Assembly (NCBI GenBank): GCA_902610995.1
Contig: CACLXU010000001.1
Coordinates: 144,422 to 208,421, forward strand
DNA from: an uncultured SAR86 cluster bacterium
GTDB taxonomy: Bacteria > Pseudomonadota > Gammaproteobacteria > Magnimaribacterales > TMED112
Direction of reading: 5' to 3'
Length of the DNA stretch: 64,000 bases
Shown: positions 36,234-45,897 of the stretch, one piece after another
Layout: every line of letters begins with the position of its first letter
Position numbering within the stretch: position 1 is the stretch's first letter
Program-made: the position numbers and the translations under genes
The notes under the pieces: model-generated
The model's input: only the letters and a program-made list of their open reading frames with translations
Told to the model about the DNA's origin: nothing
The model's database searches: none

Positions 36234-36485
36234 ATGAAGAAAGACATACATCCAGAATACCGTGAAGTGCTTTTCCATGATACAAGCGTGGATAAGTATT
36301 TTATAGTTCGTTCAACACTACAGACATCTCAAACAAAGAAGTGGGAGGACGGAAAAACTTACCCGTATTTTACTCTTGAGACATCCTCAGCATCACACCC
36401 GTTCTATACAGGGAAACAAAAAATACTAGATACTGGCGGCCGTGTTCAGAAATTTGAGAAAAAGTTTGGTAAGGCCTCTAGTTAA
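36234..36485 (+). CDS. rpmE2: 50S ribosomal protein L31, type B (zinc-independent form)
   Basis: 83 aa. [23 protein letters not shown]...[21 protein letters not shown] is colinear with YkgM-type L31 and lacks the CxxC..CxxC of type A L31. Confidence 0.9.
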   Translation: MKKDIHPEYREVLFHDTSVDKYFIVRSTLQTSQTKKWEDGKTYPYFTLETSSASHPFYTGKQKILDTGGRVQKFEKKFGKASS

Positions 36486-36930
36486 TTCCAGTACTTCCAA
36501 AGCCCTTTTCACCCCTTTGGGATTCACTAAACTCATCAACTTCAACTAATTCAACTTGATTAATGCTGATAACTATCAGTTGAGCAACTCTATCGCCTGG
36601 CTTAATAATAATTTCTTCTTTTGATCTATTCCATAAAGAAATGCTAAGGGGACCTTGATAATCAGAATCAATTAGGCCCATCAAGTTTCCACAAACTAAT
36701 CCTTTTTTTGCGCCCAAGCCAGATCTTGGAATAATCATGCCCGCAAAATTTTTATCGTCGATATAAATTGAAATTCCGGATTCAATTATTGTTGATTCAT
36801 TAGGCATCAATACAAGATCATTATCGATGCATGCAAGCAGATCAAGTCCAGCTGAACCCTCAGTTTGATATTTTGGAAGGTCAAATATACTTCCAATACG
36901 ATTGTCTAAAATTCTAAACTTAAGTTTCAT
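36478..36930 (-). CDS. dut: dUTP diphosphatase
   Basis: 150 aa. [21 protein letters not shown]-terminal [10 protein letters not shown]. Confidence 0.95.
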   Translation of the reverse strand: MKLKFRILDNRIGSIFDLPKYQTEGSAGLDLLACIDNDLVLMPNESTIIESGISIYIDDKNFAGMIIPRSGLGAKKGLVCGNLMGLIDSDYQGPLSISLWNRSKEEIIIKPGDRVAQLIVISINQVELVEVDEFSESQRGEKGFGSTGIN

Positions 36931-36984
36931 TGAAGGATTAATTATTGCATAAATTCGATTACTATTTTATTATCATGCGTTCTT

Positions 36985-37221
36985 ATGAGTAAGGTGTGTC
37001 AAGTAACAGGAAAAAAAGCAATTGTGGGCAATCATGTTTCTCACGCCAAGAACCGTGTTAAACGGTTATTTAAACCCAATATTCATAAACATAAATTCTG
37101 GGTTGAAGCAGAAAATAAATTTATAACACTTACAGTTTCAGCAAAGGGCATGAGAATAATTGATAAAAAAGGTATTGATGCTGTTTTATCAGATATTCGT
37201 GCGCAAGGCGTAAAAGTTTAA
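36985..37221 (+). CDS. rpmB: 50S ribosomal protein L28
   Basis: 78 aa. [29 protein letters not shown]. Confidence 0.95.
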   Translation: MSKVCQVTGKKAIVGNHVSHAKNRVKRLFKPNIHKHKFWVEAENKFITLTVSAKGMRIIDKKGIDAVLSDIRAQGVKV

Positions 37222-37223
37222 TA

Positions 37224-37796
37224 GTGCTGTTACTTGCTTCTGAATCACAAAGAAGAACCGAACTACTTTCCCTGATTAATGTACAACATAAAGTTGTTAA
37301 GCAAAATTTTGATGAATCCTCAGTGACATCCTCTGATCCGATAATATGTTCAAAAGAGATTGTTAAAGGAAAAAATAAGAGCGCATTAAGCTTATTAGAT
37401 AAATCTTTACAAGGCTTCCCGATTCTTACTTCAGATACACTGGTATTTTCACCAAATAAAAACATTTTAGGTAAACCAGAAAGTTCAGATCACAATGTTG
37501 AAATGCTCAAGGAATTTTCTGGCACTACCCATAGTGTTTTTTCATCGGTGATGATTTCTTATCAACAAAGGCAGGCAATAAAGACATGTGAAACACTTGT
37601 TACCTTTAAAAAACTTGAAATGAATGAAATAGAAAAATATGTTGAATCTAGAGAGGGCGAAGGAAAAGCAGGAGGTTATGGCATTCATGGTCCTGCTGGT
37701 ATGTTTATATCAAAGATTGTAGGAAGTTATACTAATGTTGTAGGTTTACCAGTCCATGAAACTTATGAGATTCTAAGATCATTCAAGTTGCTTTAA
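37224..37796 (+). CDS. maf: Maf-like nucleoside triphosphate pyrophosphatase
   Basis: 190 aa, non-ATG start. LASESQRR, DT, KAGGYGIHG. Confidence 0.85.
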   Translation: MLLLASESQRRTELLSLINVQHKVVKQNFDESSVTSSDPIICSKEIVKGKNKSALSLLDKSLQGFPILTSDTLVFSPNKNILGKPESSDHNVEMLKEFSGTTHSVFSSVMISYQQRQAIKTCETLVTFKKLEMNEIEKYVESREGEGKAGGYGIHGPAGMFISKIVGSYTNVVGLPVHETYEILRSFKLL

Positions 37797-38890
37797 TTCC
37801 TGTTGGCATAGTCAATAATTTTTTCCTTGATCTTCGGGTGTTGATTTAACAATTTCATTCCATTCCCAATTATTAGATCCTGGATAAAACTTGGATTGCT
37901 AAATGCACCATGTAGACTTTGTATTATCCATGTCATTTGTATATTTTTATTACTTCTTTTCTTGTTGTATTGATGATGACTTTCATTTTTTGACATTAAT
38001 ATATCAAATAGATTTTCTTTTATATTCATAGTATCTCCAATACCTAGGTTTAAGCTTTGTCCTGCCATTGGATGAAATGTATTGGCAGCATCTCCACAAA
38101 GCAAAATTTTTTCATAGTTCATTTTGCTTACCCTTTGGTGCTTAAGATCAAATCCTCCCTCAAAATTATCTAATGTTGTCAGATTGATGTTTATATTTAA
38201 CTCTTTGACATAGTCTTGAAATTGCTCAGTAGGATCTAGGGTTGTGTTAGTGCAAAAAATAATTGAAAAGTATTCTTTTCCTTTATCATATGGCAATAAT
38301 GCAATAGTTCCTGATTTTGTAAAATATTGGTGCGCTATATTTTTATGTTTGGCTTCAACTTTTGAAACGTAAGCTTTTTGTCCATAAAACCACTCCTCTT
38401 GCTTAAAATTTAATAATGATCTGACCTTAGAATTAATACCGTCTGCTCCGAAAAGAAACCCTCCTTCATGTTTTTGCTTATCAGTTTGAACTAAAACTTT
38501 ACTTTTCAAACTTTGAATTTTTTCAATATTCTCTCCATAGCAAATATGCTCTTCAATTCCATCAAAAACTTTTTTGTGAAGTTCATCCAGTGAGCAGACT
38601 GAACTTAACTTTTCATAATCATCTGATGATAGTTCTAAGTTTAAGGTGTCGTCCTTATAGAGCCTCATTTGTTTTATTGGGGTGGACCATTCATTTAGAT
38701 CCATCTTTTCATCAAGAGAATTAAGGAAAACTATTGATTCTTTTGTCAGAGCAACTGTTCGATTAGGATTGGCTCTATACCCCTTTTCTTTTTCAATAAT
38801 TTGAAACGGGACTTTATTTTGTTTAAGTATCTTTCCTAGGATCCCTCCAACAATACCTGCGCCAGCAATTAAAACTTTGTTGTCATGCAT
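37793..38890 (-). CDS. ubiH: FAD-dependent ubiquinone-biosynthesis hydroxylase (UbiH/UbiF/UbiI family)
   Basis: 365 aa. GAGIVGG dinucleotide fold and GDAANTFHPMAGQSLNLGIGD. pepP-ubiH synteny as in E. coli; somewhat short for the family. Confidence 0.75.
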   Translation of the reverse strand: MHDNKVLIAGAGIVGGILGKILKQNKVPFQIIEKEKGYRANPNRTVALTKESIVFLNSLDEKMDLNEWSTPIKQMRLYKDDTLNLELSSDDYEKLSSVCSLDELHKKVFDGIEEHICYGENIEKIQSLKSKVLVQTDKQKHEGGFLFGADGINSKVRSLLNFKQEEWFYGQKAYVSKVEAKHKNIAHQYFTKSGTIALLPYDKGKEYFSIIFCTNTTLDPTEQFQDYVKELNININLTTLDNFEGGFDLKHQRVSKMNYEKILLCGDAANTFHPMAGQSLNLGIGDTMNIKENLFDILMSKNESHHQYNKKRSNKNIQMTWIIQSLHGAFSNPSFIQDLIIGNGMKLLNQHPKIKEKIIDYANRN

Positions 38891-40184
38891 TATTCATCAA
38901 TGACTCAATTTCAGAAGCATCATAAGGAACTTCATGAGTTAGATTCTCAAAACCTTTTTTTGTTGCTCTAATATCGTTCTCTATTCTTATGCCAATCCCC
39001 TTCCATTTTTCTTCGACTGGAGCTGTATCATTTATATAAATACCTGGCTCAATAGTCATAACCATATTTTCCTCAAATTTTACATCTGATCCGTTTACAG
39101 AATAAGGACAATCATCATGAACATCTAATCCAAGCCAATGACCAATCTTGTGGTAATAGAATTCTCTAAAAAGTTGTTTTTCTAAAATCTCATCCATGCT
39201 CTGGGTTAAGAAACCAAGATCTTTTAAGCCTTGCGAGATTACGGTTTCAGAAACATTTTGTGGTTCCATGCATGAATTGCCAATTTTTACTGCATTACAC
39301 GCTGCATTGTGCGCTTCTAGTACAACATCATAGACAGCCCTCTGCTCACTAGAATATTTTCCATTAATAGGAAATGTTCTTGTAATATCAGATGCATACA
39401 TACCATATTCACAGCCTGCATCAACTAATACCAAGTCGCCGTCTTCTATAGATTGATTATTATCAATATAGTGCAAAATACATGCATTCTTTCCCCCTGC
39501 AACTATTGGAGTATAAGATGGATATCTTGACCCTCTAATTCTAAATTGATTCAAGTACATTGATTCAATATCGAACTCTGACATCCCAACTTTTACATTT
39601 GAGATAACCTCTTTATGTGACATTGCAGCAATATGGCAAGACTTTTTCATTAAATTTATTTCATCTTCATATTTTGTAAGACGCATTTTTCCAATAATGT
39701 TTGAGAAATTCTTTAAATCGATATTTGCCTGATGCCGTTCCATGCTATTTGCTCTATTTATTAATGTGATTAACTTTTCATCAAAAGATTGATCTTTTCC
39801 AATAAGAGAGTAGACAGTTGAGCATCCTTTAATAATTTCTGGCAGCAATTTTTCTAGCTCCTCGATGTTTAAGACATTATCAAAGGCAAAATTTTCTTTT
39901 GCACCTTCAATTCCATGCATAAATCCATCCCACTTTTCCAAGTCAGGATTTTTAGGCCTACAAAAGAAGGTTGTTTTCCCATTATTATTTAGGAGCAAAA
40001 CACATTCAGGTTCATTGAATCCAGTGAGGTAAAAAAAGTTGCTGTTCTGCCTAAATGGAAATGTAGTATCATTATTTCTAATGACATTTGATGCAGAGTT
40101 AATTATTAAATACGAGCCTTCCTCAAGAAAGTTTGTTAAGTTTTCTCTACGTTTTTTATAAATATTTGCTGAAGAGTTTGTCAT
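38883..40184 (-). CDS. pepP: Xaa-Pro aminopeptidase (M24B)
   Basis: 433 aa. DAGCEYGMYASDITRTFP, HKIGHWLGLDVHD, TIEPGIY, IRIEND. Confidence 0.9.
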   Translation of the reverse strand: MTNSSANIYKKRRENLTNFLEEGSYLIINSASNVIRNNDTTFPFRQNSNFFYLTGFNEPECVLLLNNNGKTTFFCRPKNPDLEKWDGFMHGIEGAKENFAFDNVLNIEELEKLLPEIIKGCSTVYSLIGKDQSFDEKLITLINRANSMERHQANIDLKNFSNIIGKMRLTKYEDEINLMKKSCHIAAMSHKEVISNVKVGMSEFDIESMYLNQFRIRGSRYPSYTPIVAGGKNACILHYIDNNQSIEDGDLVLVDAGCEYGMYASDITRTFPINGKYSSEQRAVYDVVLEAHNAACNAVKIGNSCMEPQNVSETVISQGLKDLGFLTQSMDEILEKQLFREFYYHKIGHWLGLDVHDDCPYSVNGSDVKFEENMVMTIEPGIYINDTAPVEEKWKGIGIRIENDIRATKKGFENLTHEVPYDASEIESLMNNA

Positions 40185-40195
40185 AGAAGGATATT

Positions 40196-40372
40196 ATGCA
40201 CGAAAAATTGGAAAATTTATCTTCAATGATAGATAAACTTATTGAACAAAACTTTAAATTAAAAACAGAATCTAAATCTCTTAAGAATAGAGTGCAAAAC
40301 CTTGAGAGTGAAATTCTTAAACTTCAAAAAGAAAATAAAAATCTAATTATTAAAAAAAATAATAATGAGTGA
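40196..40372 (+). CDS. small coiled-coil protein (ZapB/TIGR02449-like), not in ORF track
   Basis: Own translation, 58 aa: MHEKLENLSSMIDKLIEQNFKLKTESKSLKNRVQNLESEILKLQKENKNLIIKKNNNE. It has a heptad-like Leu/Ile pattern. It occupies the otherwise empty pepP-divergent spacer where related genomes carry zapA-region coiled-coil genes. Its stop overlaps the next start by 8 nt. Confidence 0.4.
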   Translation: MHEKLENLSSMIDKLIEQNFKLKTESKSLKNRVQNLESEILKLQKENKNLIIKKNNNE

Positions 40373-41399
40373 ACAGTTTTCTGGAACCAAAGAAGTCTCC
40401 GAATTCTTAAAATTTGATTTAGAAAAATTAAATCTTTATATAAAAGAAAATTGCCAAGCAATATCAAAAATTAATAGTTACGAGCAGTTTAAGGGTGGAC
40501 AATCAAATCCGTCATATTTATTAATTTCAGATAATGAAAAATATGTATTAAGACGAAAGCCACCGGGTAAGCTCTTAAAGTCTGCTCATGCAGTAGATAG
40601 AGAATTTAAGGTTCTTACAGCTCTAATGCCTACAGAGGTACCAACTCCAAATACGTTTCATCTTTGCGAAGATATCGGGATAATAGGCACAGCATTTTAT
40701 ATTATGGAATATTGTGATGGGGTGATTTATTGGGATTCAATTGCATCCGAGCTTCATAAAGATAGGAGACATCACATCTTTGATGAGATGAACAAAGGGA
40801 TTGCATTACTCCATACTCAAGACTTTAAAAAATTAGGTTTAGGTGATTTTGGAAAGCCAGGGAATTATATCGAAAGACAAACCTTAAGGTGGACACAGCA
40901 ATATCTAGACTCCGAGACAGAAAAGCTTGAATCAATGCATAAGTTGATTGAATGGTTGCCTAAAAGAATCCCCAAACAGTCATATGAATCCATAGTGCAT
41001 GGAGACTACAGGTTAGACAACATTATTTTTACAAATAATGATAAGAATCAAGCTATCTTAGATTGGGAGCTTTCCACGATTGGCGATCCATTAGCTGATT
41101 TTGGATATCACTGTATGTTATGGGACATTGGAAATATTACTGATGAATCAGCCAAAGAAAATGGTATCCATACACAAAAAGAATATGTTGACCTTTATCT
41201 TTCAAGAACAAATTTTTCTATTCAAAGTGAATGGGAATTCTATATCATCTTCTCCTTATTCAAAGTTGCAGGTATATGCCAAGGGATACTTGGTCGTGTA
41301 AGAGATGGGACGGCATCTAGTGATTTCGCAAAACAAATGGGTGAACGAGCAAAGTTTTTTGCAGATTTAGGATGGAATAAAGCTAGAGGAATTTCATAA
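40365..41399 (+). CDS. phosphotransferase (APH/ChoK-like kinase fold) family protein
   Basis: 344 aa. QSNPSY, Brenner motif HGDYRLDNIIF, DWELS. Confidence 0.75.
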   Translation: MSEQFSGTKEVSEFLKFDLEKLNLYIKENCQAISKINSYEQFKGGQSNPSYLLISDNEKYVLRRKPPGKLLKSAHAVDREFKVLTALMPTEVPTPNTFHLCEDIGIIGTAFYIMEYCDGVIYWDSIASELHKDRRHHIFDEMNKGIALLHTQDFKKLGLGDFGKPGNYIERQTLRWTQQYLDSETEKLESMHKLIEWLPKRIPKQSYESIVHGDYRLDNIIFTNNDKNQAILDWELSTIGDPLADFGYHCMLWDIGNITDESAKENGIHTQKEYVDLYLSRTNFSIQSEWEFYIIFSLFKVAGICQGILGRVRDGTASSDFAKQMGERAKFFADLGWNKARGIS

Positions 41400-42178
41400 T
41401 GAATATAGATACCCTAATTAAACAATTTTGGGAAAAATATATATCCTACACCCCATCTGCAAAAAAAATTAATCAACTATTTGATGGAAAGATTACGAAT
41501 GATCACATAGCGTTTAGGACATTGAATCTCACCAATACTTCAATTGATGTACAAAAAAATTATCTGGAGCAGTTTGGATACAAACAAGGGGGTGCTTATG
41601 AGTTTAAAGTTAAGAAACTTAAAGCAATACACCTAGAGAATGAAAAAGTAGATTTACCAAAAATATTTTTATCGGAGCTTCTGCTGGAGGAATTTAGTTA
41701 CGACCTACAAAAAACTTTTCATGAAATATTTGATAATAAAAGTTTCGTAAATGACGGTCTCTTGATGGGCGGAAGAAAATGGGAAATAAACTATGAGAAA
41801 TACATTGAGCTTTCAGAGGAATCTGAGTATGCAGCCTGGCTTTATGTATGGGGTTTTTGCCCAAACCATTTTACGATTTCTGTAAATCATTTAGAGGGCT
41901 ATAAAAACCTAGAGGAAGTGAATGCCCTAATTAAGAAAAATGGATTTAAGTTAAATGAATCTGGTGGAGAAATTAAAGGATCTCCCGATGATTTGTTGGA
42001 GCAATCATCAATAATTGCTGATCTTTGTGCTGTGGATTTTTCTGGGGAAAGCCATGAAGTGCCAAGTTGTTATTATGAGTTTGCCAAAAGGTATGAAATT
42101 TCAGAAGGAGAAATGTATCAAGGCTTCATTGCTAAATCTGCAGATAAGATTTTTGAAAGCACTAATTTGCAGAAATAG
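41399..42178 (+). CDS. DUF1338 / HglS-like (2-oxoadipate dioxygenase/decarboxylase family) protein
   Basis: 259 aa. DHIAFRT near the N-terminus and NHFT later, the metal-site pattern I recall for DUF1338. Confidence 0.65.
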   Translation: MNIDTLIKQFWEKYISYTPSAKKINQLFDGKITNDHIAFRTLNLTNTSIDVQKNYLEQFGYKQGGAYEFKVKKLKAIHLENEKVDLPKIFLSELLLEEFSYDLQKTFHEIFDNKSFVNDGLLMGGRKWEINYEKYIELSEESEYAAWLYVWGFCPNHFTISVNHLEGYKNLEEVNALIKKNGFKLNESGGEIKGSPDDLLEQSSIIADLCAVDFSGESHEVPSCYYEFAKRYEISEGEMYQGFIAKSADKIFESTNLQK

Positions 42179-42580
42179 TCATTTTTTAATTTCATTATAG
42201 GGTTTCTTAATAAAATCTCTTATTTGAATTTCTGGATCTGGAAATTGATATCCTTCTAGCTCACCAGTTAGACCATTCCAATCTATAATATCAAGGTCTA
42301 AGGTTCTAGGGGTAAATTTATTGTCTGGATCTCTTAACCTCCCACAGTTAGATTCAATTTGTTTAAGGATCTTAAGTACCTTTGAAAAAGTCTTATCACT
42401 TTCCAAAAGCAATACTAGATTTATGAAGTTATCGCCCTCCATGCCAAATGGTTCAGATTCATAGAAACTGCTTTGCTTAACAATTTTTAGATAAGGATGA
42501 GATTTTATTTCGCTTAATCCCAATTCAATATTCACACTTGGGTTGATGTTTGATCCCACCAAGACATAAAACTCATTCAT
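42179..42580 (-). CDS. folK: 2-amino-4-hydroxy-6-hydroxymethyldihydropteridine diphosphokinase
   Basis: MNEFYVLVGSNINP start (cf ..vyialGSNl), PRTLDLDII. The track ORF extends to 42601; I prefer the ATG at 42580, which gives an 8-nt overlap with folB. Confidence 0.85.
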   Translation of the reverse strand: MNEFYVLVGSNINPSVNIELGLSEIKSHPYLKIVKQSSFYESEPFGMEGDNFINLVLLLESDKTFSKVLKILKQIESNCGRLRDPDNKFTPRTLDLDIIDWNGLTGELEGYQFPDPEIQIRDFIKKPYNEIKK

Positions 42581-42944
42581 ATGAGCTTTTATCTCTTTCA
42601 ATTATGACACCAACATCTTTTGAGAATCGAAGTGCACCCGGCTTTGATACCCTCAATCTAATTTCATCTATATTAAAATCTTTAATAACCATTTCAGCTA
42701 TTTTTTCAGCAAATGTTTCAACAAGTTCAAATTTATTGTTCTCTACAAAGGAAATAATGCCCTTAGTAATGCTTTTATAATCTGTTGTTGCCTCAATGGC
42801 ATCTGCTTTTGCAGCCTTCACATTATCATGAGGTATTTCATATGAAATACTTACATCTTGCTTAATCTTTTTTTCCCAGTCAAAAATTCCAATGGTTGCT
42901 TTGACTCTTAAATCCTCAACATAAATTTTATCTCCATTAAGCAT
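42573..42944 (-). CDS. folB: dihydroneopterin aldolase
   Basis: 123 aa. KIYVEDLRVKATIGIFDWEK, DYKSI, VETFAEKIA, VSKPGA. Confidence 0.85.
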   Translation of the reverse strand: MLNGDKIYVEDLRVKATIGIFDWEKKIKQDVSISYEIPHDNVKAAKADAIEATTDYKSITKGIISFVENNKFELVETFAEKIAEMVIKDFNIDEIRLRVSKPGALRFSKDVGVIIERDKSSYE

Positions 42945-43941
42945 AAAGCTCTCCTAGCGGCCATCTTGGTCTTGAAAACTCAACATCATATTTTTTTAAT
43001 TTTTTAGATTTTCTTATGTATCCAGCATAAGCTATCATGGCAGCATTATCAGTACAAAGCTCTAAGCTTGGATAATAAACTTGAACTTTTGTATTTTTTG
43101 CAAGTTGGTCTAGTTTAATTCGGAGCATTTCGTTAGCTGCAACTCCGCCTGAACAGATCAATTTTTTATAATCTTTCGTTTCCAAAGCCCAAGATAATTT
43201 TTTAACAAGTACATCTATTACTGCTGCTTGAAATGAGGCGGCGACGTCTGCGTAGTCTGTTAAATTTAAATTTTCTAATTCATAAAGTACTGCTGTTTTT
43301 AGTCCACTAAAACTAAAGTCCAGGTTTCTTTTTTGTGTGAGAGCTCGTGGGAAATTAAATCTCTCACTATTTCCACTCTTTGCAAGTTGAGCTACTTTTG
43401 GGCCTCCAGGATATTCGAGATTTAAAAGCTTCCCAACCTTATCAAAAGCCTCTCCACATGCATCATCAATGGTTTCTCCTAATATAGAATATTGGCCATA
43501 ATCATCACAATCAATGATTTGAGTATGTCCTCCAGATACCAGGAGACATAGATATGGTGGTTTTAAGGATCTATTTTCGATTCCAGGTGCCAGTATATGC
43601 CCCTCTAAATGATGAATCGGTATAATTTCAATGTTTTTTACTTTTGATATAGTCTTGGCTACAGTTTCACCCACCATCAAGGAACCAATCAGGCCTGGAC
43701 CGGCGGTGTAAGCAATTAAATCTATCTGATCAATTGTGACATCATTTTCTTTTAGAACTTTATTTAGAATTTTGATTATTTTATTACTATGATCACGAGC
43801 AGCAATTTCAGGAATCACTCCACCATATTCTTTAAATAAGTCAATTTGAGAATTAACTTTATGATCAATAAGTCCTACCTTATCTGAAAAAAGTGCAATT
43901 CCTGTTTCATCACAGGAACTTTCAATACCTAAAACTAGCAT
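42937..43941 (-). CDS. tsaD: tRNA N6-adenosine threonylcarbamoyltransferase
   Basis: 334 aa. GIESSCDET, HHLEGH, SGGHT, GGVAAN. Confidence 0.95.
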   Translation of the reverse strand: MLVLGIESSCDETGIALFSDKVGLIDHKVNSQIDLFKEYGGVIPEIAARDHSNKIIKILNKVLKENDVTIDQIDLIAYTAGPGLIGSLMVGETVAKTISKVKNIEIIPIHHLEGHILAPGIENRSLKPPYLCLLVSGGHTQIIDCDDYGQYSILGETIDDACGEAFDKVGKLLNLEYPGGPKVAQLAKSGNSERFNFPRALTQKRNLDFSFSGLKTAVLYELENLNLTDYADVAASFQAAVIDVLVKKLSWALETKDYKKLICSGGVAANEMLRIKLDQLAKNTKVQVYYPSLELCTDNAAMIAYAGYIRKSKKLKKYDVEFSRPRWPLGELYA

Positions 43942-43984
43942 GTGTTGATTCTTTTCTAATAATCCTTAAAATACACCTTACATT

Positions 43985-44194
43985 ATGCCAAGTATAAAAA
44001 TTAAAGAAACCGAATCTTTTGACGTTGGTCTTAGAAAGTTTAGAAGAGCCTGTGAAAGAGCTGGGATTATTACGGAAATTCGTAAGAGAGAGTTCTATGA
44101 AAAGCCAACAGAGGAAAGAAAAAGAAAAGCTGCTGCTGCAGTGAAAAGAAACTACAAAAGAGTTATGAAAGACTCTTTTGCAAAAATAAAATAA
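43985..44194 (+). CDS. rpsU: 30S ribosomal protein S21
   Basis: 69 aa. [28 protein letters not shown]. Divergent from tsaD as in most Gammaproteobacteria. Confidence 0.95.
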   Translation: MPSIKIKETESFDVGLRKFRRACERAGIITEIRKREFYEKPTEERKRKAAAAVKRNYKRVMKDSFAKIK

Positions 44195-44196
44195 CT

Positions 44197-44640
44197 TTGC
44201 AGTCCCTTCTAGACCAAATCAAAGAACAACTTAAAAAGGCAATGCTTGATAAAGACGTGTTCACAAGAGACACTCTCCGTCTAGTAACTTCAGAAGTTAA
44301 AAGGTTCGAGGTTGATAACCGAAAGGATCCTAGTGATGAAGATGTCATAAATATTATTAAAAAAATGGCAAAACAGAGAAAGGATTCTATACAACAATAT
44401 CGAGATGGTGGTAGGCCAGACCTAGAGAAAATAGAATCCGATGAACTTGAGTTGATCCAAAAGTTTTTACCAGAATCAATATCTGGTGACGCACTTCAAG
44501 AGATTTTGAAGGAGATAATTTCCAAAAATAGTTTCACTGATATGAGAGACATGGGTAACATTATGAAAGAGCTTAAATCAAAGCACCCAAACGCAGAAAT
44601 GTCTGAAGCAAGCTCTTTAGTAAAAAGTTTACTCTCTTGA
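44197..44640 (+). CDS. GatB/YqeY domain protein
   Basis: 147 aa, TTG start. LKKAMLDKD, R..L..E.KR...D, and a C-terminal YqeY pattern. Confidence 0.85.
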   Translation: MQSLLDQIKEQLKKAMLDKDVFTRDTLRLVTSEVKRFEVDNRKDPSDEDVINIIKKMAKQRKDSIQQYRDGGRPDLEKIESDELELIQKFLPESISGDALQEILKEIISKNSFTDMRDMGNIMKELKSKHPNAEMSEASSLVKSLLS

Positions 44641-45897
44641 TCTATAGGAATTAGGCATATCTTTTTCCTTTATATATCTATCTGTAAGTTCATCTTGCCT
44701 ATTTGATAAATCCTGCATTTCTCCACCTATAAGGACTGCTTCAACATTAGACATGAGTTCAAGTGGATCGTTATCCCAAACCACGATGTCAGCATCAAAT
44801 CCTGGAGCAATCATTCCTATATTTTCTAATCCAAAAAATTTAGCTGGATTTAATGTAATTGCTTTTAATGCTTTTCTGTAATCAAGACCCATAGCAACTG
44901 CATTCCCTGCTGATTGTGTAGCTAAGTATGCGTTATGTGACCCAGCACCTTGAGCATAGTAAAATGCCATTTCCACACCTGCTGCATCTAATCTTATTGC
45001 ATTTTCGTAAGTTGAATTTAATGAGTCAAAAGAGTCAGGAATATTATCAAGCGGATCAAGTACCACCCTTACACCAGATTCAGCAATTCTATCTGCTACC
45101 ATGTGAGCTTCATTTGCTCCCCATAACACTAGGTCAATCTTTTCTGTATCTGCCATTTCAAGAATAGTTATAATATCTGTTGCTTTTTTTACTCTCACCA
45201 CTAAAGGGATACTTTTCTTTAAAACTAATTCAATGGCCTTCAAGTCACGAGATGTGAATTTATAATCATTTTGAGAACCAAAGAAAAACTGAATATTATC
45301 AGTTTCGTATAGCCACTTTTCTGAAGGCCTATTTCTAATTAAATTAAAAAGATCTAGCACAAAATTTAGTTCAGCAGATCTAGAGTCAGTATAGGATTCT
45401 CCAAAGCTTGTTAATAATGCAAGTGGTCCCTTTTTTTCTTGTTTTAATCCTGAATTAATTTTTGTGTAAGAAAAAAGTCCTGAAAAATAGCCTGAGGCTT
45501 GAGGTACTAAAATTGTTGATGAAACTCCTTTTGATCGGTTTAACCTTATAGCCTGTGAGAACGGATTAAAGCTCTTACTTGGATCGAAACCAGCATTATA
45601 AATATTGGAGGATGCATCGTTAGTTTGCGGAAGAGAACCAATCTCAAGCAAACCAAGTGTTGAGAACACAACTAGCCCAGGGGTTACATATTTACCCTCT
45701 GCATTGATAATGTTTTCCGCACCAACATCACCAATTTCATCTTCAACCAAAACTATTTGACCTTCATCGATTAATAAATCTTTCTTTACAAACTCACCAT
45801 TTGGAAGAAATGTCATACCTCCTTTTATTAGATACATGTCGTCCGCATGGGAGAAAATTATGAAAGGGATGAGAAGGAATATATTAACAATCTTCAT
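44629..45897 (-). CDS. exported amidohydrolase-fold protein lacking the N-terminal HxH metal motif
   Basis: 422 aa. Signal peptide. The position that normally holds HxH reads PGLVVFSTLGLLEI. The C-terminal GFDADIVVWDNDPLE is typical of the fold. Paired with the upstream amidohydrolase (1-nt overlap). Confidence 0.7.
   Translation of the reverse strand: MKIVNIFLLIPFIIFSHADDMYLIKGGMTFLPNGEFVKKDLLIDEGQIVLVEDEIGDVGAENIINAEGKYVTPGLVVFSTLGLLEIGSLPQTNDASSNIYNAGFDPSKSFNPFSQAIRLNRSKGVSSTILVPQASGYFSGLFSYTKINSGLKQEKKGPLALLTSFGESYTDSRSAELNFVLDLFNLIRNRPSEKWLYETDNIQFFFGSQNDYKFTSRDLKAIELVLKKSIPLVVRVKKATDIITILEMADTEKIDLVLWGANEAHMVADRIAESGVRVVLDPLDNIPDSFDSLNSTYENAIRLDAAGVEMAFYYAQGAGSHNAYLATQSAGNAVAMGLDYRKALKAITLNPAKFFGLENIGMIAPGFDADIVVWDNDPLELMSNVEAVLIGGEMQDLSNRQDELTDRYIKEKDMPNSYRSRE

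Noticed and set aside
37222-37300. The absence of rpmG (L33) after rpmB, where the rpmB-rpmG operon normally continues, considered as a possible sign of gene loss.
   Set aside because: maf starts 2 nt after the rpmB stop, so rpmG is simply not here. It may be encoded elsewhere, and its absence from one window proves nothing.
37130-37465. A 111-aa minus-strand ORF overlapping the rpmB 3' end and the maf 5' end.
   Set aside because: It is a shadow ORF antisense to two conserved genes, with no family resemblance.
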